64,000 bases of DNA from an uncultured Vicinamibacterales bacterium (GCA_958295905.1 OY282382.1:6055021-6119020), one strand, 5' to 3'; shown: positions 38,279 through 48,455, numbered from the stretch's first letter. Program-made: numbers and translations. Notes: generated by a model from the letters alone, not told the origin.

Positions 38279-38385
38279 GAGTCTGCGCCGCAGACCGACG
38301 TGGCATGTGGGTCTGCGCAGTTGCCGATGCGGTGGTCGCTCCCGTGGCAGCGAACAAACTCAACTGTAAAGATCCCGGCCGCTAG
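38275..38385 (-). repeat. Repeat family 2 copy (inverted) at the phosphotriesterase stop
   Basis: actcaactgtaaagatcccggccgct is the reverse complement of the 19326-19351 core; TTAG...CTAG flanks. Confidence 0.72.
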
Positions 38386-38577
38386 CCGTCTGGCCGGCTG
38401 GCCGGGAGTCTGCGCCGCAGGAATCAGCCCGCACAGATTTAGTGGAATCGGAGTGTTTGTCGGTTCCGTCGCCGCTCCCGTGCCGGAGTCGAAACCATCG
38501 CGGCCGATGAAGGGGGCCGTGCGCCCGTGGGGAGAGTTCGCCGACCGAGAGTCAACCTAGCTAGAGGAGAAACGAGG

Positions 38578-41511
38578 ATGCAGAAGCGCGCAGCAATACG
38601 TTCGTTGGCGTTGGTCTTTCTGACGAGCGTCGTACTGGCGCCGGGAGCCGCCCCGGCCCAGGACCTGGCCGGCATCACCGGAACGGCCATCGACGAGACC
38701 CGGGGCGCGTTGCCCGGGGTGGCGGTCGAGGCGCACAGTCCGGCCCTGATCGAGCAGTTCCGCACCGCCTTCACCGACGACGCCGGGAACTACCGCTTCA
38801 TCGCGCTGCCGCCGGGCACCTACTCGGTCAACTTCACGCTGCCGGGGTTCCGCACCGTCGTGCGCGAGGGAATCGTGCTGACGGGGGCGTTCGTAGCGAA
38901 CGTCGACGCCCTGATGACCGTCGGCCAAGTGCAGGAGACGGTGACAGTGACCGGGGCGACCCCCCTCGTCGACGTGGTGAACACCCAGCAGCAGGTGGTG
39001 ATGACGGCCGACGAGATCAATACGCTGCCGGCCGCGTCGAGCCTGATGGCCAGCATGCAGTACGTGCCCGGGGTGCAGGGGAACCAGTTTGCCGCGGACC
39101 AGGAAGGCGCGTCGGTGCGCGGATCGGACCGGGCGGACAGCCAGACCTACGTCGACGGCATCGAGAGCGGAATGCAACTCGGCGGCCGCAACGTCTACCT
39201 GGGCGGCATCGGCCTCGTCACCGACGAGGCGCAGATCTCCGAGATCGTCTACGACACCTCGTCGCAGGGGGCCGAGTACGCCCAGAGCGGCCTCCGGGCG
39301 AACATGATCCCGAAGGCGGGCGGCAACGTGTTCTCCGGCGACGTCTTCTTCAACGCGGGCCACCAGCGGTTCATCTCGGACAACCAGACCCAGGAGCTGA
39401 AGGACCTCGGCTTCGCGTTCGCGCCGCAAGCGTGGAACCGGAGCGTGAACCCGTCGTTCGGCGGACCCATCGCGCGCGACCGGGTCTGGTTCTTCGGCTC
39501 CTACGTCAACAATCTGAGCAAGAACTATGTGCTCGACTCGTTCTTCGATCCGAACGAGCCGTCTACGCCGAAGGACATCCGCGAGGCCTGCGCGACGCCG
39601 GGCGCCTGTTCGCAGGACGAGTTGCGGACGTTCAACCACAGCGACAGCAGCGTCCAGAACGGGCGCATCACGTGGCAGATGAACCCGACCCACAAGCTGA
39701 CCACCAACTTCACGATGCACCAGAACAACTTCGACCGGGTGATCGGCACCGGCTTCGGCCGCGTGGCCCCGGAGGCCCTCTTCGGCGGCAACGCCGACCC
39801 CACGTACCTGAGCACCACCCGGTGGAGCTGGGCGGCATCGAACCGGCTGCTGGTCGAAGCGACCGCCTCGTATCAACGCTCGGACCTCGCGTTCACCGAT
39901 TTCGAGGAAAACGGCATCGCCCGGGTCCCGTTCCAGGATCTCGCGACCGGCCTCAAATCGGGCACCAGCATCCTGCAGAACTTCCGCACCGAAGACCACC
40001 GGCGCAACGTTCAGGCGGCGGTCTCCTACGTGACCGGGTCGCACAACTTCAAGGCCGGCCTCGGCGTCCAGAACAACGTTCAGTACGGCCAGTGGCAGAA
40101 CAACGGGGACATCTTCGAGGCCTGGACGATCTTCGGGGCCCCCAGCGCCGTGCTGGTCATGGGCAACGGGGAGCTGGAAGACGAACGGAAGATGAACTGC
40201 GACTGCGGCCTCTACGCGCAGGATTCCTGGACCGTCGATCGCTTCACCCTCAACCTGGGGATGCGCTTCGACTGGTTCAACAACTCGCTGGCGGGCGGAC
40301 ACCGGCCGGCGGGCTGGTTCACCCCCGAGATCACGGCGGATGCGATCGAGAACCTGCCGGACTGGCAGGACTGGAACGGGCGGCTCGGCATCGCCTACGA
40401 CCTGTTCGGCGACGGCCGCACCGCCCTCAAGGCGTTCGCCGGACGGTATGTGGGGAACGAGGCGCTCGGCATCACCGCCGCCTTCAGCCCGTTCGGATCG
40501 AATATCGACTACCGGTTCTGGACCGACCTCAACGGCGACGGCACGGTGATCAACGCCGACGGAACGCCGCAGGTCGCCGAGATCGCGGCGTCGTTCAACC
40601 CCCGCTACGGAACGCCGACCACCGCGAACCGGCTGGACCCCGACGTGCGGCGGCTGCACAACTGGGAGTATTCCGGCGGCATCCAGCACCAGTTCGCGGC
40701 GGGCTGGTCGTTCAGCGGGATGTGGCACCGGCGGGCGTACGGGAACTTCCGGTGGACGGACAATACGTCGGTCGCCGCGGGCGACTATACGCCGCTGACC
40801 TTCACCGCGCCGACCGACCCGCGGCTGCCGGACAACGGCGGCGAGACGATCACCATCTACGAGCTGGCCGACCCGGCTTTCGCGTTCTCGACCGGGGACA
40901 TCCTCCATACGCAGGCGCCGGACGACTCGCGGACCTGGAACGGGTTCGAGGTGATCATCGACGGGCTGCTGTGGCGCAACGGCTTCGTGCAGGCAAGCTG
41001 GACGGCCGGCGCCACCGAGAACGACTTCTGCACCGACGCCCGGATGGAGAACCCCAACGGCCTCCGGTTCTGCAACAACTCGACGGGGTACCGGCACCTG
41101 TTCAAGGTATCGGGGTCGCTGCCGCTGCCGTTCAACACGATGATCTCGGGCCTCTTCCAGGTGTTCCCGGGAAGGCAGGTCCTCGCCAACTACCAAGTCA
41201 GCGACCCGGACGTCGGCCGGGCTCTCAATCTGGGCGGCGCAACCGAGTACGTCAACGTCGCTCTGATCGAGCCGGGCACGCAGTACGAGGACTCCACCTC
41301 GAACCTCCAGCTTCGGTTCACCAAGGACATGGTGGTCGGAGACCGGCGGCTGCGGGTCTTCATGAATGCGAGCAACATCTTCAACACGCTCCAAATCGAC
41401 AGCCGGAACCGGTTCTTCGGGGGCGGGCAGACGTTGAGCGACGACTTCTACCGGCCGATCAGGATCTCCCCCGGCCGCACGATCACGTGGGGAATGCAGG
41501 CGACGTTCTGA
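38578..41511 (+). CDS. TonB-dependent receptor with carboxypeptidase-regulatory N-terminal domain
   Basis: Signal peptide, GALPGVAVEA.SPALIE, LYAQDSWT..RFTLNLGMRFD, C-terminal F. Confidence 0.9.
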   Translation: MQKRAAIRSLALVFLTSVVLAPGAAPAQDLAGITGTAIDETRGALPGVAVEAHSPALIEQFRTAFTDDAGNYRFIALPPGTYSVNFTLPGFRTVVREGIVLTGAFVANVDALMTVGQVQETVTVTGATPLVDVVNTQQQVVMTADEINTLPAASSLMASMQYVPGVQGNQFAADQEGASVRGSDRADSQTYVDGIESGMQLGGRNVYLGGIGLVTDEAQISEIVYDTSSQGAEYAQSGLRANMIPKAGGNVFSGDVFFNAGHQRFISDNQTQELKDLGFAFAPQAWNRSVNPSFGGPIARDRVWFFGSYVNNLSKNYVLDSFFDPNEPSTPKDIREACATPGACSQDELRTFNHSDSSVQNGRITWQMNPTHKLTTNFTMHQNNFDRVIGTGFGRVAPEALFGGNADPTYLSTTRWSWAASNRLLVEATASYQRSDLAFTDFEENGIARVPFQDLATGLKSGTSILQNFRTEDHRRNVQAAVSYVTGSHNFKAGLGVQNNVQYGQWQNNGDIFEAWTIFGAPSAVLVMGNGELEDERKMNCDCGLYAQDSWTVDRFTLNLGMRFDWFNNSLAGGHRPAGWFTPEITADAIENLPDWQDWNGRLGIAYDLFGDGRTALKAFAGRYVGNEALGITAAFSPFGSNIDYRFWTDLNGDGTVINADGTPQVAEIAASFNPRYGTPTTANRLDPDVRRLHNWEYSGGIQHQFAAGWSFSGMWHRRAYGNFRWTDNTSVAAGDYTPLTFTAPTDPRLPDNGGETITIYELADPAFAFSTGDILHTQAPDDSRTWNGFEVIIDGLLWRNGFVQASWTAGATENDFCTDARMENPNGLRFCNNSTGYRHLFKVSGSLPLPFNTMISGLFQVFPGRQVLANYQVSDPDVGRALNLGGATEYVNVALIEPGTQYEDSTSNLQLRFTKDMVVGDRRLRVFMNASNIFNTLQIDSRNRFFGGGQTLSDDFYRPIRISPGRTITWGMQATF

Positions 41512-41527
41512 CGCCGCCGACCCGGAT

Positions 41528-41556
41528 GAGCCTGCGCCGTTCCGCGGCGCAGGCTC
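41528..41556. terminator. Perfect 12-bp-stem hairpin after the TonB receptor gene
   Basis: gagcctgcgccg-ttccg-cggcgcaggctc; no U-tract. Confidence 0.45.
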
Positions 41557-41569
41557 CCGCCCCTGCCAG

Positions 41570-41706
41570 CCCCCAAGCGGACGCCATCACGAACGCGGTC
41601 CGCCCCGCCGCCGAGCACGGCGACCACGTCACGTCCGATCAGTTCAAGGTCGGCCTTGCCGAGGTGCGCACGGAAATTGCCGGCGTGCGCACGGAGATTG
41701 CGCTGG
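41570..41706 (+). pseudogene. CCDC90/DUF1640-like coiled-coil fragment
   Basis: QADAITNAVR..HGDHVTSDQFKVGLAEVRTEIAGVRTEIA. Confidence 0.5.
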
Positions 41707-41753
41707 TTCGCGGGTCGTCGCCGACCGGAACAGAGCCGCACACCGAACACTCG

Positions 41754-42527
41754 TCATGACCCGCGCGGTGGAGTCGACCCGGTGACGGCTGACGGCTGAG
41801 CCCCGCCGCCGGTGTTGAGCCGCCAGGTGATCTCGCCGCCGCACTGCCGGCACCGCGCGCCGTGCCGCAGGCGGCGGCTCAGGCGCTGGCGCCGCCACGA
41901 CTTCCCGCAGCCGCACTCGCCCACCCAGCGGGCCGGCGTGTGGTCGACGTCGTGGCACCGCTCGGCGGTGCAGCCGATGGCCCGCGCGGCGGCCTTCCAC
42001 ACGGCGTCGTGGTGGTGCTTGTGGCCGACGATGGCGTGGGCGATCTCGTGCAGCAGCGTGTCCTCGATCTCGGCCCGGGTCGCCCGGTGGCAGTAACTCA
42101 CCGACAGGTCGATACGCTTGTCAGCGTAACGGCAGACGCCCCCGCGCGCCGTGGACAGGTCGAAGCCGAACCTCCAGTCCGCGCCCAGCCCGCTCCCGGC
42201 CTTGTGAAGGGCGAGAAGGTCGCCGGCCAACCGCTCTACATCGGCCAGCGTGCACTCGCGCTCGGGCACTCGTTCGACGACGGTGAGGAGGGTGTAGGGC
42301 ACCTTCCACAGAACGTCGTCGCCGGCCCCCACGACCGCGCGGGAGCGCTGCAGCTCGGTGACGGTCCCCTCGATCACCTGACCGCGCCACCGGAACCGCA
42401 CGCGGCTCCCGACCGGGCAGGCGGCGCCGGGGAAGTCGGCGGTGACGGCGCCGGACGACCGCGGCCGGCGCGCTGCAGGCGGCCAACGCGGGGACTGGAA
42501 CCGGTGGTACAGGGCACCCTTCGTCAC
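41754..42527 (-). CDS. SprT-like zinc metalloprotease
   Basis: TLLHEIAH, HHDAVWK, CGC..CRQC zinc ribbon. Confidence 0.85.
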   Translation of the reverse strand: MTKGALYHRFQSPRWPPAARRPRSSGAVTADFPGAACPVGSRVRFRWRGQVIEGTVTELQRSRAVVGAGDDVLWKVPYTLLTVVERVPERECTLADVERLAGDLLALHKAGSGLGADWRFGFDLSTARGGVCRYADKRIDLSVSYCHRATRAEIEDTLLHEIAHAIVGHKHHHDAVWKAAARAIGCTAERCHDVDHTPARWVGECGCGKSWRRQRLSRRLRHGARCRQCGGEITWRLNTGGGAQPSAVTGSTPPRGS

Positions 42528-42531
42528 GAGG

Positions 42532-44274
42532 CTATCTCCGGGCGTGCGCGACCTGCGCCGCCATCTCGCGCAGCATCTCCGCGGGGGAGATGCCCGTCCA
42601 GCAGTGGCCGCGGTTCGGACCGTAGACGATGCGGGCGTCGAGCGGCGGCCCGGCGCGGGAATCGCCCTGCGGCTCCGCTTGCCCAGCCGACCCGCCCGGG
42701 GTCCGCTCCGTGCCGCGGCCTGGACTCCCGCCCCGGAAATCGTCGCTCCGCGGCTCCGCTTGCCGCCCAACCGACCCTCCGGGAGTCTGCGCGGTTTCGC
42801 GGCGCGGCCTCCTGTTCCGCAGGAAAGCGTCGAGCCGGCGCACCGCGCCCTCCAGAAAATAGTCGTCCTTCTCTCCGACCCAGATGTTCAGCCGGCCCCG
42901 CAACTTCGGCGCCAGCGTGTCCCAGCCCCGCTCGAGCACAAGGCGGAGATCGTACCGCTCCCAGTGGGCGGTCACCGTGGTGTCGATGGCGCCGGAGACG
43001 GGGTCCCAAAGCGGAACCGGTCGGCCGTCGGCGCCGCGCGGGCCGTAGACCGCGTTCCACGCCCCCCACTGGCCGCCCGACAGGGTCCAGTCGTCGCCCG
43101 CGCCGAGCGCGTTCTCCATCTGCAGCTCGTGCCGCATGCTGAACCTCACGCTCCCGTCGAAATTCCGGGCGCCGGGAATCTCGCGCCCTTCGCGGTCCAC
43201 GTAGGCGTTGCCCCCCCGATAGACGTCCAGGAGCTGGAAGGCGCGGAAGTCGACGCTGTCGGGGCACGAGGCCCAGGCCCCGCCGAAGAAGTCGGGATAG
43301 AAGATCTGCAGGGCGAGGGCCACCCATCCCCCCGTCGACCCGCCGTCGAGGATGCGGGCGCCCGGCGACCCGCCCGCCCGGAACCGCTCTTCGACATGGG
43401 GAATCAGCTCTTCGGTCACCGCGGCGCCGTAGGGGCCGTTGTTGGCGGAGTCGACCTGGTAGGGGTCGCCGTAGGGTCCCGCCCCGTCGAGGTGGAGGAG
43501 CACGAAGCGCGGGGCGTCGGGGTCGAGCCACGCCGTCCGGAACGCGGACCCCGGCCGCATCATCCTCCGCACCCCGGTGTACCGCGCGCCGTAGCCGCCG
43601 ATGTGGACCCGCAATGGATAGCGCCGCGCCGCCTCCCCGCCGTGGCCCGGCGGCAGAATCACGCCGGCCCGGAGGTGGATGGGGCGGCCGTGGAACGCGG
43701 ACAAGCGCTCGGAACGGATCCGGACGAAGCGCAGGAGCCCGGTCTCGTCGGGCCGCCGCTCGTCGGGAATGCGGTGCGTCAGGCGCAGTTCGACCGGGGG
43801 CGACCGCTCCGGGTCCAGGTCGAGCCGCCGGACGTCGCCGTACAGGTTGCCCGCCGCATCGACTCGGCGAATGTCGCGGTTGGTCGCCAGCACCGCCTGC
43901 ACGCGGTACTCCCGGGCCGGGAGATCGCGCAGGGACTTGACGGGGAACGCGGCCGCCGCGGCCCCGACGGTGACCCGATCCCCGGGCGCCAGCGCCGGGG
44001 CGTCGACCCCGAGCGTCGGCACGGCGCGGCGCCCGGTCGCGCCGATGAGGAAGCGCGGCTCCCCCGCCGGCCGGCCGGCGGGAACCATGACCACGAGCAG
44101 GCGTCCCGGCGGCTGGGCGGGCAGGGACGCGTCGAGGGTGACCACGAAGTGCAGGCCGGAGCCGGCCCCGCCGGCCGGCCCGGCTTGGCCTGCCGAGGCG
44201 AACCCGACCGCCGACACCAGCCCCGCCACGGCAAGCAGGCGGCGGACGGCGCGGGAACGCATCGCGGAATGCAT
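42532..44274 (-). CDS. Secreted esterase (Fes-like alpha/beta hydrolase)
   Basis: Signal peptide; DSANNGPYG, GGSTGG nucleophile motif, C-terminal GH. Confidence 0.82.
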   Translation of the reverse strand: MHSAMRSRAVRRLLAVAGLVSAVGFASAGQAGPAGGAGSGLHFVVTLDASLPAQPPGRLLVVMVPAGRPAGEPRFLIGATGRRAVPTLGVDAPALAPGDRVTVGAAAAAFPVKSLRDLPAREYRVQAVLATNRDIRRVDAAGNLYGDVRRLDLDPERSPPVELRLTHRIPDERRPDETGLLRFVRIRSERLSAFHGRPIHLRAGVILPPGHGGEAARRYPLRVHIGGYGARYTGVRRMMRPGSAFRTAWLDPDAPRFVLLHLDGAGPYGDPYQVDSANNGPYGAAVTEELIPHVEERFRAGGSPGARILDGGSTGGWVALALQIFYPDFFGGAWASCPDSVDFRAFQLLDVYRGGNAYVDREGREIPGARNFDGSVRFSMRHELQMENALGAGDDWTLSGGQWGAWNAVYGPRGADGRPVPLWDPVSGAIDTTVTAHWERYDLRLVLERGWDTLAPKLRGRLNIWVGEKDDYFLEGAVRRLDAFLRNRRPRRETAQTPGGSVGRQAEPRSDDFRGGSPGRGTERTPGGSAGQAEPQGDSRAGPPLDARIVYGPNRGHCWTGISPAEMLREMAAQVAHARR

Positions 44275-44426
44275 GGATCGCGGGTCGCGGCCGCGCCCGG
44301 CGCGCCGGGCGCGGCGCCGACCTCGGCTCGTCTCCGACTTATCATAGGATGTCGGGGCCTCGACCGCGAGCCCCCGACCGAACGTTGATGTATCGTTCGT
44401 GTCGAATCGCGTATTTGCGCGGGTTT

Positions 44427-44551
44427 GGGGGCTTGTCGGCGAGCCCTATCGAACGGCGGGCGCACGGGAACGGCCCGCGACCGAAGCGTATCGGGGGCTT
44501 GTCGGCGAGCCCTATCGAACGGCGGGCGCACGGGAACGGCCCGCGACCGAA
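44427..44551 (+). repeat. 66-bp-period direct repeat x2
   Basis: gggggcttgtcggcgagccctatcgaacggcgggcgcacgggaacggcccgcgaccgaa twice. Confidence 0.9.
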
Positions 44552-44720
44552 CCGGCGGAAATTCCCGTCCGGTTCATGCGGCTGCCGCCCGCGTTCGCGG
44601 CGGCCAGCGCACCGAGCAGGCAGAGTCGGCGTGTCCGCATCTTCGTCTCCCAATCCAGCCGTTCAGGGCGCGCTTCTCGACGCCTGCGTCCGCCCGCGGG
44701 CCGGCGGCCCCGCGGCAACC

Positions 44721-45372
44721 GTGGAGAAGGCGTTCTCCGTGCCGTTCGTCGCCGAGCTCGCCCTCAAGGAAAAGCAGATCCAGCAGAACGTGCGGCCGGT
44801 GATCGCCGTCCACAAGTGGTTCGCGCGACGTCCGGGCACGCTGTTTCGCGCGATCCTCCTGTCGGAGTTCGCGGCGCCGCCGCTGCCCGCGGCCTACTTC
44901 GACCCCCATCGACTGCACGGGGTGCGGGTCGCCGACCCGTTCATGGGCGGCGGGACTCCGCTCCTCGAGGCCAACCGGCTCGGATGCGACGTCTTCGGCT
45001 GGGACGTCAACCCGATGGCCTTCTGGGTCGTTCGCCAAGGTATCGAACACCTGGACCTGGCGGCCTACGAGACGACCGCGCGACGCCTGGGCGACGTCCT
45101 GGAGGACGAGTTGGGGCCGTTCTACCGGACGCGCTGCGGGGACTGCGGCCGCGACGACGCCTCGGTCAAGTACTTCATCTGGGTCAAGTCGACGCGGTGT
45201 GATGCGTGCGGAACCGAGATCAGGCTGTTGCCCGGCTACGTGCTGGCGTACGCCGGCCGGCACCCGCGCCACGTCCTGATCTGCCGGCATTGCGGCGACC
45301 TGACCGAACTGGACGACCTGGACGCGCCGCCCGCCTGCGGCCGGTGCGATGAAGCGCTTCGCGTCGCCGGCA
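44721..45372 (+). pseudogene. Truncated DUF1156-type DNA methylase (N-terminal part)
   Basis: VHKWFARRPG, ADPFMGGGT, CxxC motifs; no DPPY, homology ends near 45372. Confidence 0.8.
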
Positions 45373-45378
45373 GATCTC

Positions 45379-45423
45379 ATGATAGTCGATGCCGACATCC
45401 GGGCGTTCTTCGACCGGCTCTCA
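45379..45423 (+). pseudogene. Group II intron-type RT fragment
   Basis: IVDADIRAFFDRLS matches the RT3 motif; very short. Confidence 0.55.
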
Positions 45424-45560
45424 CGATACCGGCACGGAGCCGATCTCGCCGCCGGCCCAGCCGTGGAAGACGGCGGAGAACTTGCCGGCCTCGGAACCGG
45501 CCACCACGGATGTGCAGGTTTCCTTGGCCGCGAACTTGGGCAGGCGGCGTCCTCCCGATC

Positions 45561-45810
45561 ATGAGCAAGGGCAGCGTTACGTTCTACGTGCTGGACGCCC
45601 TGGCCCGCAGACGGTTCCGGGAGCGCCTGCAATCGCGTCCCCGCGTCGAGCCCAGCGTGTCGGCCGCCGACCTCGTCCGCGAAGGTCGGAACAGCCGGTG
45701 ATCGTCGTCGACGCTTCGATCGTGGTCGAGGTGCTTCTCTGCTCCGACGCAGGCGGCGCGCCGGAGGAGCGCCTCTTCCGAAGGCGACGACCCGCTGCAC
45801 GCGCCCCCTC
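45561..45810 (+). pseudogene. VapB/FitA-like antitoxin end plus VapC N-terminal fragment
   Basis: SAADLVREGRNSR*, GTGA overlap, VIVVDASIVVEVLL..LHAP (frameshifted). Confidence 0.65.
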
Positions 45811-46004
45811 GGCACGACTGAAAACGGCCTTCCGGCCATCGGTGCAGCTCGTCGGCGAACGTCACGAACATCCGAAACCGTGCGGTGGGGCGACTCCCCG
45901 GGCGACTCCCCCGCTCGATTCGAGAAAGACGCGCAGAGCAACGCTCGGGGCGACGCCGCACATGCCGGGACTGACCGTCACCGTCACGACGTCGGATCGG
46001 CCGG

Positions 46005-47135
46005 TCATGACACCGCCGACGAGGACGCCGGTGGTTCCGGGCTCAATGCCGGCCACCACGCCGACAGACGCCGGTGGATGGCCGCGACGAGGGCGCCGCC
46101 ATCGTCCGGGTCCGTAAAGGCGCGGTGTGGCACGTCCTCCAGGGCGTAGCGCGCGACCGACGCCGCGTTCGTGGTGATGGTTCTCGTCACGACGATGGGG
46201 TTCGGGTGCAGAGCGGATTCCGCGTCGACGTCGAAGACGAGGATCCAGGCCCGAACGCTGGCGTCGCCCACATCCGGATGGTGCAGCGCATGGGTGCCGT
46301 CGGCGCGGGCAACGAGTTCGGGCCGTCCAAGGTGGGGCTGCCAACTGTCCCAGACCGCTTGCGGAACGGCGAGCGACGTCCCCACGGAGCGGGGGTGCAC
46401 TCCGAGCTGGAACTTGAGCATCATCTGGTAGAACGTGCGTTTGAAGACGTTCGCAATGTTGGGCCCTTCGATGCGTTCGGCCAGCCATTGGTCGTTCTCC
46501 TGCAGCACGTCCGCGAAGCGGTTTCCGTGGAGGCGCAAAGAATCCTTGAGGTTCTGCACGGCTCGACGGTACGAGCCGTGGAAGTCCATCGTCTGGATTT
46601 CGAGAACGCCGAAACGGTCGATGCCGACTCCGCCGTCGCGGGTCGACGCCAGCTCGACGAACGTCGTGTCGAACGACAGCTCGGGAGAGCGGTTCGTGGC
46701 GCTCACCGAAATCTCGCCACCGAGCTTGTTCTGGAGGTAGACGACCGCCAGTTCGTGATTCCTGGCCTGCGTGAAGATGTCCGTCCTCGTGTCGCGCTGG
46801 GCGAGGTTGGGAGCCGGGACGACCAGCACGGACTGGCCAGGTGTCGCCCCGAAGAGTCGACGCGCCACGCTTTCGATCAGATCCGGATCGAGGGCTCGAT
46901 AAGGACACGCCAGCCAATCCTGTCGGACGCCGTTGCTAGCGTTGTTGATCGTGCACACCCCTGATGAAGACGTGCTCTTTACGCAATCCCGTTCGTCGTG
47001 CGTGACCACGGACAGAAAGGGACAGCGGCCGCGTGTCTGGATCCGGAGCGCGGCGTCTCCGCCGCCGACGCGGGGATAGGTGCGGTAGCCGAACCATTCA
47101 CTGACGAAGTTCCCCCGATCGGGTCGGCCGGTCAT
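46005..47135 (-). CDS. NotI-like type II restriction endonuclease
   Basis: CPF..CVK..GVC..CPYR four-Cys cluster; FD..LEIQTMD; coupled to MTase. Confidence 0.72.
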   Translation of the reverse strand: MTGRPDRGNFVSEWFGYRTYPRVGGGDAALRIQTRGRCPFLSVVTHDERDCVKSTSSSGVCTINNASNGVRQDWLACPYRALDPDLIESVARRLFGATPGQSVLVVPAPNLAQRDTRTDIFTQARNHELAVVYLQNKLGGEISVSATNRSPELSFDTTFVELASTRDGGVGIDRFGVLEIQTMDFHGSYRRAVQNLKDSLRLHGNRFADVLQENDQWLAERIEGPNIANVFKRTFYQMMLKFQLGVHPRSVGTSLAVPQAVWDSWQPHLGRPELVARADGTHALHHPDVGDASVRAWILVFDVDAESALHPNPIVVTRTITTNAASVARYALEDVPHRAFTDPDDGGALVAAIHRRLSAWWPALSPEPPASSSAVS

Positions 47136-48064
47136 CGGTTCCCGTCCAGCAGCCGCAGTTGGCATCGCTTCGTGAGTTCGGACGCGGCCTGCGCGTAGGT
47201 CTTCGACGTGTCGAATCCGATGGCCCGGCGGCCGGAGGCGACCGACACCGCGAGCGACCGGCCGGTGCCGCAGAACGGATCGAGGACCATTCCGCCGGGC
47301 GGGCAGGTGCTCAGGATGCGCGGGCGGATCAGACGCTCGGGGAACGTTGCGGAATGTCCGTTGCCTCCGGGGCGCACGTAGTACGTGACAACGTCGTTCG
47401 ATCCCGCCTCGGCTTCGGCGAGGTCGTAGTAATACTTGGCTCGACCGCGGGTCGGTCGGACCACGAAATGGAAGAAATGCTCGTGGCTCAGCCGCAGGCG
47501 ATCGGTCTCCGGGCGCGGGGGGACGTTCGGCTTGTGCCAGATCAGGTCGTTCCGCAGGATCCAGCGTCTGTTCTGCATGGCGACGGCGAACCGGGCCGGC
47601 ACCATCAGCAATTGCTTTTCCTGGCGGTATCCGCCCATCGGCGTCCGGCGCCGCTGCCGGGACGTGTCACCCAGTCCCTGGCGTCCCCGCTGCCGGATAC
47701 TGGCCCACCGGGCGAAATAGGTGTCGCCGACGTTGATCCAGAGACTCCCTGCCGGCTTGAGGGCGGGACGGAAGCGTTCGAACATCTCGACCAGGTGAGC
47801 GACGTACCACTCGGGTAGCGGCTCCAGCCCGAGCACGCCGCCGTGGTCGCGGTACCAGGCGTAGTCGGGCACGTCGTCCCTGGCCGCGCCGGTAGCCAGC
47901 CAGTCCCGGAAGACATCCCAGTTGTGAGCCTGTTCGTACGTCCGGTGGCCCCAGTACGGCGGGCTGGTGATGAGCAGGTCGATGCTGCCGGGATCGAGCG
48001 ACGGCAGCAGGTCGTACGCGTCGCCATGGAGCACGGTGGCGGCGGCGGACGCGCAGGTGGCCAT
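47132..48064 (-). CDS. Beta-class N4-cytosine/N6-adenine DNA methyltransferase
   Basis: ITSPPYW precedes VLDPFCGTG; WHKPN, HSATFP. Confidence 0.9.
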   Translation of the reverse strand: MATCASAAATVLHGDAYDLLPSLDPGSIDLLITSPPYWGHRTYEQAHNWDVFRDWLATGAARDDVPDYAWYRDHGGVLGLEPLPEWYVAHLVEMFERFRPALKPAGSLWINVGDTYFARWASIRQRGRQGLGDTSRQRRRTPMGGYRQEKQLLMVPARFAVAMQNRRWILRNDLIWHKPNVPPRPETDRLRLSHEHFFHFVVRPTRGRAKYYYDLAEAEAGSNDVVTYYVRPGGNGHSATFPERLIRPRILSTCPPGGMVLDPFCGTGRSLAVSVASGRRAIGFDTSKTYAQAASELTKRCQLRLLDGNR

Positions 48065-48212
48065 CGGGTCCCGGACCAGAGGCTGGCGTGACGTCGACGT
48101 TCGGCGAACGACCAGCGTATCGACGAGCGTTTCAGCGTACCATCATCGACTCGCCAGACCAAGCCACGCAGCCAAGCGGGGCGCACATCCGCACTCCCCG
48201 TTGCCCTCGGGA

Positions 48213-48401
48213 TCAGGACCTGCCGCACCGGGTCGAGCGGCTCAGCTCGTCGACGCAACCGGTCAGCCGGTCCACCTTGCCGTTGACCACCAACACGCCG
48301 ATCGCGGCCACGAGACCGGCGCACGCGCCGATCGCGGCCACGAGACCGGCGCACGCCCCGATCACGGCCGAGATTCCCGCCACCATGTCGAAGGCTTCCA
48401 T
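48213..48401 (-). CDS. Small hydrophobic/coiled-coil protein with internal tandem repeats (possibly degenerate)
   Basis: IGACAGLVAA x2, GKVDRL. Confidence 0.35.
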   Translation of the reverse strand: MEAFDMVAGISAVIGACAGLVAAIGACAGLVAAIGVLVVNGKVDRLTGCVDELSRSTRCGRS

Positions 48402-48455
48402 GCGTCCACGCTACCCCGCCCGGCGGATGGCGTCAACCTGACCGGACCCTGGTCA

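Noticed and set aside
38386-38577. Riboswitch upstream of the TonB receptor
   Set aside because: No cobalamin or TPP consensus could be recognised.
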